From the NCBI GenBank assembly GCA_965216875.1, contig OZ244207.1:6119470-6183469 (forward strand): 64,000 bases of DNA. Reading direction: 5' to 3'. Position numbers and translations under genes: made by a program. Positions 27,067 to 37,231 of this stretch are shown here, piece by piece (position 1 is the first letter of the stretch; each line of letters begins with the position of its first letter). Under the pieces are notes generated by a model. The model ran no database searches. It was not told the origin of the DNA and saw only the letters and a program-made list of their open reading frames with translations. Source of the DNA: Rubripirellula sp. (lineage in GTDB: Bacteria; Planctomycetota; Planctomycetia; Pirellulales; Pirellulaceae).

Positions 27067-30057
27067 TCAAAATGAGGCGTTGTACAGACCCGCGTCGTAC
27101 AAACCTTGCCCCTGAACACAGACATAGTGGTGTCCCGGCTCGAGCGGAGGCAACGTTTGAGTTTGGCCGTTTGCCCATTGCACCGTCGTTTCCTTCGCAT
27201 TCGGTGCATCGCCAAATGCGAACACCAGCATCCTTGGTGTAGAAACCTGGTATCCATTGCCGCCCAACAGCTGTTTGCTGATAACCGCGATCCCCTGGTC
27301 CGTCTCAAGGCTTAGCGAAACGATCGATCCCACGGCGCTGCGTTCGCTCGTCTTTCCGACAAGCTGCAACGTAGCGATCGGATGCGTGACCTGCGTTTCG
27401 TTCACGACGAGTGATGGGGGCTCGGTCATGTGGGTGACCAATAGATCGAGTCGGCCGTCTCGATTCGCATCCATTGGAATCAAGCAGCGGCCCACGTGCG
27501 ATTGTTGAAAGTAGTCCGTGTCTCGCTCGACAACCTTGATCGCTTCGTACACCCCTGTCTTCGATTCACGCCACAAATCTGCCGGCTGGGCATAGGGAGC
27601 ACCGCTCGCACTGCCACCGCTGACATGACCATTGGTGACGAACAATTCCGAGAACCCGTCGTTGTCAAAGTCGATCGCCTTGGCGGCGAACCCGACGCGA
27701 TTCATTGTCGGCGTCACCAATCGCGCTCGTGTGGTTTGATCGACCCAAAGCCCTGGCGTCTCTTGCCGGTAGAGAACGTGATACTCATCTTCAAAGCCGG
27801 TCACGAAAAAGTCGAGATCGCCATCATGATCGAAGTCGTCGGCCGCCATCCCCATCGAAGCCTGGGTCCGCCCGCGGCCGTCCACGGCCAGACCGCTCAA
27901 GAAACTCTGGTCGACGAATTCAAACGTCGCGCGGTCGCTCTGCTTTGGCGAGACCAAGACGACATTAGACGACATGTCATTGGCGACAAATAAGCCCATG
28001 TCGCTTCCATTCAATCGTCCGGCAAGCACCGCAAGACTTCGCCCTGGTTCGGGATCGGCCCTCCAACTTTCCGTGACGTCCTCGAACGATCCATCAGGCA
28101 TTCCTGCATAGCAGCGGTTTGCGGCTGCAGAAAAATCGAGTGGTGAACAGGGCGCGGGCTTGCCCGAGGAATCAAAACAGACCTTGGCGACTTGATCGTC
28201 ATCGTCGATGTAGTTGCAAACGAACAGGTCAAGGTAACCGTCGCCGTTGAAATCGGCCCACGCCCCACTCGTACTCCATTGCGGCGATGAAAGTGCGGAC
28301 GTGCCAACCACCCGTTGAAAGGTCCCGTCGCCATTGTTTCGGTAGAGTCGGTTTTCGCCGAAATTCAAAACGTAGACATCGTCAAATCCATCTTGGTTGT
28401 AGTCGGCAACCGCAACGCCTTGGCCAAACCCCGAATCACTCAATCCACTTAGCCGAGTCACGTCGGCTAGCCGCGTGTCGGTCATGCGCAGCAGTGCACC
28501 TTGATCACTGTTGTTTTCGTTGATCGTGCCACCAGCGGCTGCCAGATACAGATCGGTCTGACCGTCGAGATCAAAGTCCAAAGCACCCGCGCCGCAACCG
28601 AGTGAATCGGACAGTGGCACCATCGGCCCGAATCGAAGCGGGCCAGTATGCCCGTTGTAGGTGAGCCCAAACTCTTCACTCGATTCGCGAAGCTGGACCG
28701 GTTCCTCGCGGGATCGAACCAGGGCTTCGCGTGTTTCCGGCACCGTGCGAAGCGATTTCGAGACCTGGATTCTCGGCATCGGTAGCAAGTCATCCACTTC
28801 CGATTGCCAAGGCGTATCCAAAGACAGACTTGCAACAATCGCCTTTCGCGTTGCGTCAAACTTTCCGAGCGTTTCTTCGTCAACGCCAGAAGCCTCTACC
28901 AACGCGACCGCAACGGCCGACCATGCCTCGGCTTCCCAACGACGCCCAAGTCGGTCAAGAGTGCGCGCGACTGCCATCGCCTTGATCGGGTCATCATGCC
29001 CATCGTGCGAGAAGCTCGTTGCCTCGACCAAGAGCTTCGCCAACTGCTCTCTTCGATCCTCAAGCGACTTGAGAGTTCGTGTGACCTGTTCGTGCTCATC
29101 GACGTCGGCGTCCATCTGTTTCAATAGCATCGTCATCTCAGCCAACAACGTGGGATCGTTCGGTCGAAACTCGATGGCTTTGGCGGTGGCCTCGACTGAC
29201 AAGGCAAGCTGCTGGCGTTCTTGGTAGTAACGACTCAGGGCGAAGTAGCCGTCCGCGGACAGTTCCGTTTGGCCAATGGACTTGCGCCACTTGGCAAGTT
29301 GCTTTTCTTGCCCCAGCATGGCCAGCGACCGACCATACAAACCGCTTGCCGGCTTGAATTGAGGATGCTGATCGACAATCGGCTTGGTAATTCTCACTGT
29401 CTGTTCGAAATCGACCGCATCAAACGCAACCGCTGCTTCGGCAATCTTCAGACGCAAATCGCCAGGGTTTCGATTTGAGAGTTCGTTCATTTGTTCGACC
29501 GAAAAGCGCCGTCCCGGCAAGACAACCGTCTCGAGTAGAAACACGTCGAACTTTCGAGCTCGAATGAGCGGCAAGAGATGCGTTGGGATCTCGTCGGTCA
29601 TCTGTGCCTCACCCAGAAACCCGATCAGTGTGCGGCGCAGCGCCACATCGTCCGGGCTCTGTTCGATCGCGGCTTGCAGCAGCTCAATCGATTCAAAAAG
29701 TCTCCCAACTTCCAAATTGGCTCGGATCGCAAGATTGATCGTCGAGGCATCCTTGCAACCCTCATGCACTGCACTGCAAAGCATCTCGGCCGCTTTCTCA
29801 CTCTGCCCCTGTTTTCCGTAGACGAACGCAGCCGTATGCAGGTAGCTCACGTTGTCGGGATCTTGGATAAGCATCGCCTCGACGATCCTTTCCGCTCGTA
29901 CATAGTCTTGTTGATTGACGGCTTTGTTGAGCAGCACCGCCGATGCCTGACTCTCTTCGACGGCAACCGAATCCGGTTCTTGGTGGCCCAGATCCTTGGT
30001 TGCACAGCCACCGATCAACGATGCGAGGGCGATCACGAGTGGTCTGACGCGCTTCAT
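27067..30057 (-). CDS. CRTAC1-family lipoprotein: TPR + FG-GAP/VCBS repeats + ASPIC/UnbV C-terminal domain
   Basis: ATG at 30057 gives the lipobox MKRVRPLVIALASLIGGC and overlaps the upstream stop as ATGA (30054-30057). Repeated D.DGDGD.DL-type motifs are present (DFDLDGQTDLY, DYNQDGFDDVY, DFNGDGYLDLF, DFDHDGDLDFF, DFDNDGFSELF, DANRDGRLDLL). UnbV-like tail: RSAVGSIVSL...GGNGYQ. Confidence 0.85.
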   Translation of the reverse strand: MKRVRPLVIALASLIGGCATKDLGHQEPDSVAVEESQASAVLLNKAVNQQDYVRAERIVEAMLIQDPDNVSYLHTAAFVYGKQGQSEKAAEMLCSAVHEGCKDASTINLAIRANLEVGRLFESIELLQAAIEQSPDDVALRRTLIGFLGEAQMTDEIPTHLLPLIRARKFDVFLLETVVLPGRRFSVEQMNELSNRNPGDLRLKIAEAAVAFDAVDFEQTVRITKPIVDQHPQFKPASGLYGRSLAMLGQEKQLAKWRKSIGQTELSADGYFALSRYYQERQQLALSVEATAKAIEFRPNDPTLLAEMTMLLKQMDADVDEHEQVTRTLKSLEDRREQLAKLLVEATSFSHDGHDDPIKAMAVARTLDRLGRRWEAEAWSAVAVALVEASGVDEETLGKFDATRKAIVASLSLDTPWQSEVDDLLPMPRIQVSKSLRTVPETREALVRSREEPVQLRESSEEFGLTYNGHTGPLRFGPMVPLSDSLGCGAGALDFDLDGQTDLYLAAAGGTINENNSDQGALLRMTDTRLADVTRLSGLSDSGFGQGVAVADYNQDGFDDVYVLNFGENRLYRNNGDGTFQRVVGTSALSSPQWSTSGAWADFNGDGYLDLFVCNYIDDDDQVAKVCFDSSGKPAPCSPLDFSAAANRCYAGMPDGSFEDVTESWRADPEPGRSLAVLAGRLNGSDMGLFVANDMSSNVVLVSPKQSDRATFEFVDQSFLSGLAVDGRGRTQASMGMAADDFDHDGDLDFFVTGFEDEYHVLYRQETPGLWVDQTTRARLVTPTMNRVGFAAKAIDFDNDGFSELFVTNGHVSGGSASGAPYAQPADLWRESKTGVYEAIKVVERDTDYFQQSHVGRCLIPMDANRDGRLDLLVTHMTEPPSLVVNETQVTHPIATLQLVGKTSERSAVGSIVSLSLETDQGIAVISKQLLGGNGYQVSTPRMLVFAFGDAPNAKETTVQWANGQTQTLPPLEPGHHYVCVQGQGLYDAGLYNASF

Positions 30058-32900
30058 TGCTGTTTCTCCTCGAAGAACCATGGTTCCTCTTCACCCTCAA
30101 CCACCAACAGGTTTGCCGTTGCTGGCAACCCCGAGAACGTTTGCACGTATCGACCGTCTGCACCAACTCGGGTTGGCCACGTGATCGTCACATCGACCAG
30201 GCCATCGAATCCTCCAAAACGAATCACCGGCTCGTTGCGTCCCAGATACCCGCCGCCGCCGATCACAAGGGCTGCTGTTTCCTTTTGGCTCGAACGAACC
30301 ACCACCTTTGTTCCGATCGCTGACCGCTCCGATTCGCTTCCAACCATCGCGACGGAAAGTTGATTCCCAACGGGATCCGACTCGTTGCGAAAAATGCGTG
30401 TTGGTTCGAGCGCGTCGGTGATCACTACATCCGTTCGGCGGTCGGCATCAAAGTCGGCGATCGCGACCGCGCGACCAAGATGGCTGTCGCTCCAATACGA
30501 ATCACCAAGATCGCTCACCTCGGCGTACTTGCCCGTTGGAGCCAACCGCAACACCTGTGTTGGCATTCGAAACGGCTTCGTCGGGTCGTCAAAGTCCTCG
30601 ATGTGTCCGTTGGCGATGATGAGTTCGGAAAACGAGTCGTTGTTAAGGTCGACCGCTTGGCAGCCAAAACCAACCATGGCCGCAGTCGCATCAGCGATCC
30701 CCGACGCAACCGATCGATCGGCGAATTGCCCCGGCCGCTGTTGCAAATAGTGGTTCGACCATTCATCGGAAAAGTTGGTGACGTGAAGATCCGCCAAACC
30801 GTTCGCATCAAAATCGTCAACCGCGACCCCCATCGAAGCCAAAGGGCGGCCACTCGAACCAAAGGCGAGGCCTCGGATGGTCGCCGTGTCCAAAAAGGCT
30901 TCGCCTTCCGAAAGACTCCACAGTTGGTTTGCCATCTGGTCGTTGGTAATGAAGATTTCGTTCGATCCGTTGCCAAGCAAGTCGGTAACCACCACACCCA
31001 TTCCCGTGCTCGCCTCTGAAAGCTCATGCGTGAAAACAGAACCATTGGGCAAGCACTGGTGGATGCGATCCGAACCAGGTTGAAAGTGCGTTGGTGCGGG
31101 CAGATTGATCGGTGCACCGTCCTCTGCAAATCGAATCGCTTCAAACACGTTTTTGTCAGCGACGTAATTCACCTCAATCACCTCTGGCAGTGCATCGCCA
31201 TGAACATCGGCCATGGCCAGCGATAGAGTGACCGTGTCACCACCTTGCTTGAGCATTGGCCCAGGCTGAAAGGTTCCATCGCCTTGATTGATCCAGATTT
31301 GGTTCGACCCGATGTTGCCAACGACGATGTCTTCCCAACCATCCTGGTTCCAATCACCGGCTGTCGCACCGTGACCATAAGCCGATTCGTTGATCCCACA
31401 GGACTGCGAAACATCAGCAAAACGAATCGTGCCCCGACTCTGATTCCGAAACAAGCGATCGCTCTGCTTCGACGGCGTCTTGTGCGGATCACCACCGGCT
31501 TGAACGAGAAACAGATCCACTTTGCCATCGCGATCAAAATCGGTCACAACCGCACCGCCACCCAGGGGTTCAAAAAGCCGAAAGTGTTTTTCCCGGGGCT
31601 GATCGTGGTTTTTCCACGTAAACCGCACTCCCGCAGATTCGCTTACGTCTCGCAGGCGAAGGCGTGTTTGCGATGGAGACCTTTCTGAACTGTTCCGAAT
31701 CGGTTTGGCGCTCGCCGATTGTTCGGCCTCGATGGTGATCGAGTGGACCAGCCGATCCGCAAGTGCGTGCGTTGCCTCCTGATCAAGCGGCCCCAAAATC
31801 TGGTTCCAATCGTAGCCATCCTCAAACCGCCGAAGCAGGCTTGTGCGCGCTGCCTCGAGTTGTGGCAACTGCGTGTTCGATGCAGACGTTTGCGAAACGT
31901 ACAACATTTGCCATCCAATCGACTCGATGGGTCGACCACTTTGGTTCAACGTTTCGGCAAGCTTCCCAATCAGTCGGCTTGGATCGACCGACTGACCTGC
32001 GATGTCGTTGACAAGCGATTGAATGGTCAGAATGTGCTCGGCTGTGTCGCTCAGCTTCGCCCGAAGTGAAACCTCAGCTGAATCATGTAGCACCGACTCG
32101 GCGGCCCGGCACGCTTCGAGGTGATTGGGTTCCAGACGCAGAGCCATGCGGTAGAAGTCGGCCGCCTCCCGCTTTGAAAAGGGAGCATCATGCGATGTGT
32201 GATGGACTGCAAGATTGCCCGCGGCAACCCAATACGATGGGAATCGCCGACATTCGCGGGGAAGATCTTTGAAGAGCTTGGCCAGGTCTTCGTTGCGTTG
32301 GCAACGGGAAAGCAGCCAAGCAATCGTCGCCAAAGTCTCAGGATCGCCGCGTCGAAATTGCTCGCAAGTTCGTGCTTGGTCAATCGCTCCGCAAGCATCG
32401 CCATGCATCTGAAGCGCGTACAGGATATTCAGTAAACCGTAGCGATTCACCGTCGCTCGATCACCGATGTCGGGCTTGTCCGCGAAGTCGACACCGGGGC
32501 GCGTGGGGTGAGTGATTCCGACCAAGTGTTTCAGTTGTGGAATGCTCGATAGAAGTGAGTCCCGAACCAAACGATTCCCACTTTGCCGCAGCCCGACGCG
32601 ATCGCAGAACCGAATACGACTGGCCGCGTCCGCTTTACTGCTGTCACGCTGCGAAAACCGCTCAATCGCCTCGGCGTGGTGTCCCGACTCGAATAGCGCC
32701 TTTGGTGTCGCGTTCTTACTTGCTGCGCCGGCTGGTGATACCGATGCGACTGGCTGGCGTTGCTTCGAATGGACGTCGGCCGTCTCGCGGGTCGGATTGC
32801 ACCCGGCGGATGCCAGGCCGAGGGCAATCAGGAGACAACAACGCTTCAAATGACTGGCAGCGGAGTTGAACAAAATGGGTGCGGTCGCAAGCACGTTCAT
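30054..32900 (-). CDS. CRTAC1-family lipoprotein, paralogue of the downstream gene
   Basis: Lipobox LLIALGLASAGC. It has the same architecture as its neighbour (DFDRDGKVDLF, DWNQDGWEDIV, DFDANGLADLH, DLNNDSFSELI, DFDADRRTDVV; tail RSAIGTKVVV...GGGGYLG). Confidence 0.85.
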   Translation of the reverse strand: MNVLATAPILFNSAASHLKRCCLLIALGLASAGCNPTRETADVHSKQRQPVASVSPAGAASKNATPKALFESGHHAEAIERFSQRDSSKADAASRIRFCDRVGLRQSGNRLVRDSLLSSIPQLKHLVGITHPTRPGVDFADKPDIGDRATVNRYGLLNILYALQMHGDACGAIDQARTCEQFRRGDPETLATIAWLLSRCQRNEDLAKLFKDLPRECRRFPSYWVAAGNLAVHHTSHDAPFSKREAADFYRMALRLEPNHLEACRAAESVLHDSAEVSLRAKLSDTAEHILTIQSLVNDIAGQSVDPSRLIGKLAETLNQSGRPIESIGWQMLYVSQTSASNTQLPQLEAARTSLLRRFEDGYDWNQILGPLDQEATHALADRLVHSITIEAEQSASAKPIRNSSERSPSQTRLRLRDVSESAGVRFTWKNHDQPREKHFRLFEPLGGGAVVTDFDRDGKVDLFLVQAGGDPHKTPSKQSDRLFRNQSRGTIRFADVSQSCGINESAYGHGATAGDWNQDGWEDIVVGNIGSNQIWINQGDGTFQPGPMLKQGGDTVTLSLAMADVHGDALPEVIEVNYVADKNVFEAIRFAEDGAPINLPAPTHFQPGSDRIHQCLPNGSVFTHELSEASTGMGVVVTDLLGNGSNEIFITNDQMANQLWSLSEGEAFLDTATIRGLAFGSSGRPLASMGVAVDDFDANGLADLHVTNFSDEWSNHYLQQRPGQFADRSVASGIADATAAMVGFGCQAVDLNNDSFSELIIANGHIEDFDDPTKPFRMPTQVLRLAPTGKYAEVSDLGDSYWSDSHLGRAVAIADFDADRRTDVVITDALEPTRIFRNESDPVGNQLSVAMVGSESERSAIGTKVVVRSSQKETAALVIGGGGYLGRNEPVIRFGGFDGLVDVTITWPTRVGADGRYVQTFSGLPATANLLVVEGEEEPWFFEEKQQ

Positions 32901-32910
32901 TTGGTTCAGA

Positions 32911-33819
32911 TCAATCGGTTTGTTTGTCAGGTTCCAACTTCCAAGTCACAAACATTTTGAGATCCTGGCCCGGATCAAGCTCGACAAAGCTGCCCTGGTT
33001 TTCGACCTCGGCGAACCTGGAATCGGGGGCAAGATAAATTTCGATCGCAGCTTGATTGGGCGCAACGCGATCTGGCATCTTTCTCGTCGTCGTCAGCACC
33101 AGTCCGTTGTTGCGATACCGACTCCAAAGAATGCCGTCGCGAGGTGATGGTGGCGTGTAGAAGACTTTTTGCGCGTTTGGTTGCTTCTGATTGAAAGGAA
33201 TACGCAGCGTCGCGCCGACTTTCTCGGTCACGGCGCCGCGCGAGTTGTCTCGAAAACGAAACGTACCGCCACTAGGAAATTCGACCTGCCCGGACCAATC
33301 AACTCGAATGTTCTCCCACAGCGCGACGGCACACGAGCGGTCGCCTTGATTGACCACCTGATAGGTCATTCGCAATTGTGGCAATTCACCCGGATCGTTC
33401 TCGAAGCGTGCCTCCTTGAACATTTGCAGTCGGGTTCGCGGATCGACACGACTAGCCAGTTTGATGTTCCGTTGACCATGCGCAACGACTTCAAATGCAT
33501 CTTTGTCAAAGGTGTCGATCGGAGGCCATCCCCAGTCTTCCTGCGGGCTGGTCCAGAGCGTGCTGCCCCAATGCCAATTGTTTGCATCACGCTCTACACG
33601 CAGCGCTTCTTTACCGTCCAATGTGAACGAAGCAAATCGTCCGCCAAGGGTTGGATCCACCGAAAGCTTCAGCGGCCCCGAAGAAATTGACAGATACTGA
33701 TCGCCTTGCTCTCGCTTGTCATCAGCTGCGACCGGAGACGACAAGACAATCACAAGAGCGACCAGTAACTGCCATAGCTTCAAGGATTTTTTTACGATCG
33801 ACACGTCAGGCAACCTCAA
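32911..33819 (-). CDS. Secreted hypothetical protein (possibly a galactose-mutarotase-like beta-sandwich)
   Basis: N-terminal signal ...LWQLLVALVIVLSSPVAADD. The start is TTG 33819 or the GVS GTG just downstream. TTGA overlaps the stop of the upstream oxidoreductase. Function is not recognisable by eye. Confidence 0.65.
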   Translation of the reverse strand: MRLPDVSIVKKSLKLWQLLVALVIVLSSPVAADDKREQGDQYLSISSGPLKLSVDPTLGGRFASFTLDGKEALRVERDANNWHWGSTLWTSPQEDWGWPPIDTFDKDAFEVVAHGQRNIKLASRVDPRTRLQMFKEARFENDPGELPQLRMTYQVVNQGDRSCAVALWENIRVDWSGQVEFPSGGTFRFRDNSRGAVTEKVGATLRIPFNQKQPNAQKVFYTPPSPRDGILWSRYRNNGLVLTTTRKMPDRVAPNQAAIEIYLAPDSRFAEVENQGSFVELDPGQDLKMFVTWKLEPDKQTD

Positions 33820-35171
33820 GCCATCGCCGGATGGGTGTAGGGTTTGCGGTAGGGACGCATCAGCATCTCGGTCGCCTCATCATCGCCAACGATCGTATGG
33901 GTGCTCGGATCGAACTGCAGTGTTCTTCCCAATGCCATTGCGTTGTTGGCCATGATGCACGACGCACTGCTGATGTGGCCTTCTTCGATATCAGCGATGG
34001 GTTTGTCACGCTGATCGACGGCATCGAGAAAGTCTCGCATGTGTTGGCGAATTGCCGGCGCGACCTTGACGTCCATTCGCCATTTCTCGCGATCGCCTTG
34101 GTCACTGGGGAATTGATCGAACTCGGCGATCGCCTCGCCAGTCAAATTTGGACCGCCACCGCGCGGCGAAAACTCATATCGATCAACACTCAGTTTCAGC
34201 GTGCCTTTGTCACCGTAGATGAACGCGGCCCAAGGAAAACGAGGGTCCGGAGGATCGCCCCAACTACGGTGCGTCCAAACCACTTTGAGTTTTTCGAAGT
34301 CAAAGACAGCAGTTTGCGTATCAGTGATATTTGCCTTCGACGCGTGGTCGACAAGGATGCCGCCGGAACTGCTGATGCGTGTTGGCCAACCGAGCCCCAG
34401 TTGCCAACGCACCATGTCCAACATGTGAACACACATGTCGCCAACGATCCCGTTGCCGTATTCCATGAATGCGCGCCACGATCGTGGGTGCACAAGCGAA
34501 TTGTAGGGGCGCATCGGCGCCGGTCCCGTCCAGGCTTCGTAATCAAAGTGGGCTGGCGGATTCGATTGTGGTGGGTTCGCTCGCGCCCGCATGTGGTAGT
34601 AGCAACAGATGTCGACGTGCGCGATGTTGCCAAGCAACCCTGCGTCGACGATCTTTTCCTTTGCCTCCATCAAGTGAGGCGTACTACGGCGTTGAGTCCC
34701 AACCTGAACAACGCGCCCCGTTTTCCGAGCCGCGTCGAGCATCGCTTTGCTCTCCAACACATCGACACCGGTTGGCTTTTGGACGTAAACGTCGGCTCCC
34801 GCGTTGACTGCATCGATGGTCGGCAAAGCATGCCAATGATCGGGAGTTCCGATGACGACGATGTCGAGATCTTTTTCAGCCAACATTTCTTTGTAGTTGG
34901 CGTAAGTTCGCGGACGTTCTTTGCTGACTTGACGCTGCGAAAACAAATCGGCAGCCTCGGCGAGCATTTTTGCATCGACGTCGCACAACGAAACAACGTT
35001 GACGCGTTCGACATTCAGAAGCTGAAGCAAGTCGCACTTGCCATACCATCCACATCCAATCAGCCCCACTCGGCGAGCGGCCCCGGATGTGACGTTTGCG
35101 TGAGCCGAGCGACTGACCGCCGCGATCGATGCGGCTGCTGCAGATGAACGAATGAAATTTCGGCGATCCAT
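33816..35171 (-). CDS. Gfo/Idh/MocA-family oxidoreductase with a twin-arginine (TAT) signal
   Basis: ATG at 35171: MDRRNFIRSSAAAASIAAVSRSAHA. Rossmann motif: VGLIGCGWYG. Further family blocks: DIVVIGTPDHWH...DVYVQKP. Confidence 0.85.
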   Translation of the reverse strand: MDRRNFIRSSAAAASIAAVSRSAHANVTSGAARRVGLIGCGWYGKCDLLQLLNVERVNVVSLCDVDAKMLAEAADLFSQRQVSKERPRTYANYKEMLAEKDLDIVVIGTPDHWHALPTIDAVNAGADVYVQKPTGVDVLESKAMLDAARKTGRVVQVGTQRRSTPHLMEAKEKIVDAGLLGNIAHVDICCYYHMRARANPPQSNPPAHFDYEAWTGPAPMRPYNSLVHPRSWRAFMEYGNGIVGDMCVHMLDMVRWQLGLGWPTRISSSGGILVDHASKANITDTQTAVFDFEKLKVVWTHRSWGDPPDPRFPWAAFIYGDKGTLKLSVDRYEFSPRGGGPNLTGEAIAEFDQFPSDQGDREKWRMDVKVAPAIRQHMRDFLDAVDQRDKPIADIEEGHISSASCIMANNAMALGRTLQFDPSTHTIVGDDEATEMLMRPYRKPYTHPAMA

Positions 35172-35281
35172 GGTGTGCAATTCGTTTGATGAACTCGTAA
35201 TGAAGCGTTCTGCCCGTACTTTGGATCGACGCCCCTTCGGTCTAGACCGAAGGGGCATCGCTAACTCCAAACCAATCTCCG

Positions 35282-36511
35282 TTACTGGTTAAGTTCTTCC
35301 TCGATCACTTCCTTGTTCGCACGTGTGCCCAACGCTCCCCACAATCCGTAAGGGCTTTTGACACCCGCTTCGATACTGATGTAGGGAAATTCGCTGTTGC
35401 CGGCTTCGATCGAATCCGAGATGAAGACGACCGCACCGTCGGCCATCAAGATGTGGACGCCACCGTTGTGTCGGCTTGACGCAGAATAGGCGCCTTCGGT
35501 CCATTCATCAAAGTTACGCAAGCAAACGGCCGTGTTTGGCGGCAGCAAGGTTGTGAAACCGGTGTGCAACGGAGCCCAATGAGCCCAGATGTATCCACGA
35601 CGGTTTCGGTCATCAAGCAAGCCACCGGCGACCAAAGTGGCATCGTAAAACTGAGGTCGTGTTGGATCGACATAATCGACCGAACAATGCTTTGAACTCG
35701 ATGGTGGGCTTTCGACATCGTGTCCCAGCTGGTTCGCAGCAACCGAAGTTGTCTTGACGTCCAAGTCTCCGAGGTCCGTTGCAATTTCACCCATCGCGAT
35801 CGTGTTGCTGGCACCATCAAGGATGTCACGCATGCGGATGAACTTGCGCGAAGCGGCAAATCCGCGGATATAGCGTCGTGATGCGATGAACTGGCCTTGG
35901 TCGCCTGGACAGTGCTGGTCATCGAAATGACGCCAACTCTTGTGCCCAATCCACACGTTCTTGGCGTTGTCACCAATGCAGCTGGCATAGTTCGATCGCC
36001 CATGCGCAGGCAAACCGACACCTGGATCGGATGGACATCGGAAGGTCGGAACCTCCGTCACCCAAGGCTCATAGGTGTAGTCGCCCCAGTGGGGCTTTGG
36101 CCCCATCGCAGGCCAAACGGCAGGGGTTCCACCGTTGTTGTCCAGCGGGTTGGAAATGGTTTCCCACAATGCCTGCTGCTCGACGAAGGGTAACAACCCA
36201 ACAAACTGACTCAGCTGCTTTTGGTTGGTTGCCATTGAAACGTTCGACAACCCGTTGCTCCACGCACACGGTGCGTTCAGCTGAGAATCGAGTCCGCTAC
36301 CGCCGCCGTACTCGGGGAATTTCTTGTAGGCACTGTGGTAGTTGTGCAACGCCAATCCGATTTGCTTGAAGTTGTTCGAGCAACTCATTCGACGTGCTGC
36401 TTCACGCGCCGCCTGCACTGCTGGCAGAAGCAATCCGACGAGTACGCCGATGATTGCAATCACGACCAGAAGTTCGACTAGCGTGAAGCCAGCCTTCGAT
36501 TTTCTTGACAC
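35282..36511 (-). CDS. DUF1559 (H-X9-DG) protein with a type IV pilin-like N-terminal methylation motif
   Basis: N-terminus is [55 protein letters not shown]. The C-terminal H-X9-DG motif is [12 protein letters not shown]. Confidence 0.9.
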   Translation of the reverse strand: MSRKSKAGFTLVELLVVIAIIGVLVGLLLPAVQAAREAARRMSCSNNFKQIGLALHNYHSAYKKFPEYGGGSGLDSQLNAPCAWSNGLSNVSMATNQKQLSQFVGLLPFVEQQALWETISNPLDNNGGTPAVWPAMGPKPHWGDYTYEPWVTEVPTFRCPSDPGVGLPAHGRSNYASCIGDNAKNVWIGHKSWRHFDDQHCPGDQGQFIASRRYIRGFAASRKFIRMRDILDGASNTIAMGEIATDLGDLDVKTTSVAANQLGHDVESPPSSSKHCSVDYVDPTRPQFYDATLVAGGLLDDRNRRGYIWAHWAPLHTGFTTLLPPNTAVCLRNFDEWTEGAYSASSRHNGGVHILMADGAVVFISDSIEAGNSEFPYISIEAGVKSPYGLWGALGTRANKEVIEEELNQ

Positions 36512-36554
36512 TATCTCGCTCCTGAAACGAGCCTGACCTTATTCGTCAGACGAG

Positions 36555-36587
36555 ACAAAGAAATAAAAAGAACAACCGCGGTTGCTC
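36555..36587 (-). terminator. Intrinsic terminator or attenuator between the small lipoprotein gene and the DUF1559 gene
   Basis: The minus strand reads GAGCAAC-CGCG-GTTGTTC, a 7-bp stem with one G-U pair, followed by TTTTTATTTCTTT. Confidence 0.4.
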
Positions 36588-36644
36588 CGAAGTCGAGCAA
36601 ACAAAAACCGGCGACACCAAAATTGGAGTTCGCCAAAGTGACCG

Positions 36645-36830
36645 TTAAGGAGCACCCTTGTTTGCTTGCGACTTCGCCGCGCCCTCGGCGTTGTACTTCG
36701 CGATTTCTTCAGGCGTTTGCTGATAAGGATTCGACTCAGGAATTTCGATCGCAGTTGGCTTCTCACTCCCGCATCCGGTCAGTACGAAACTGAAAGTGCC
36801 AACACAAATCATCAATAAGAAATTCCTCAC
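36645..36830 (-). CDS. Small lipoprotein (61 aa)
   Basis: MRNFLLMICVGTFSFVLTGC carries a lipobox, followed by a hydrophilic tail. It lies immediately upstream of the DUF1559 gene on the same strand. Confidence 0.6.
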   Translation of the reverse strand: MRNFLLMICVGTFSFVLTGCGSEKPTAIEIPESNPYQQTPEEIAKYNAEGAAKSQANKGAP

Positions 36831-37231
36831 AGCCCTCGGCTCCTGTCATCAAAAAACACCAACGAAGTACCAAACTGAAGCCGATTATTTGTGCTTTGCC
36901 TGACAGAACAACTGGCAAATGGTATTGGTGTACAGATGTCCCCAAGGGGACCTAGACTGTCGCAGCGCGTCCAATTGTGGCGAGATGACCGCCATCAGGA
37001 GACATTTCGAAGTCGGTTCGAATCGGGGGCAGCGCGGTCAAAACGGGCATTGGTTTGCGACCGTCATGGCCGCGCGTTGCGCACGCACGAACCGCTTCCG
37101 TTCGATCCAACGCACAACACCATCCGCTCAAAACGAGCGCAAGAATCTTTTGTCAATCGACGACAAACATCACCGCCGGCAGTATTAGACTGATTCGTTC
37201 CCCGTTGATCTTTTCACATACAGATCATGTC

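Noticed and set aside
33651-35147. 498-aa plus-strand ORF
   Set aside because: It lies antisense to the Gfo/Idh/MocA gene, which has clear family motifs and a TAT signal. This ORF is Arg/His/Val-rich and has no motifs. The same applies to 41342-42589(+), 22293-23018(-), 54437-55132(-), 59058-59762(-), 59778-60527(-), 51326-52012(+) and 30360-31019(+).
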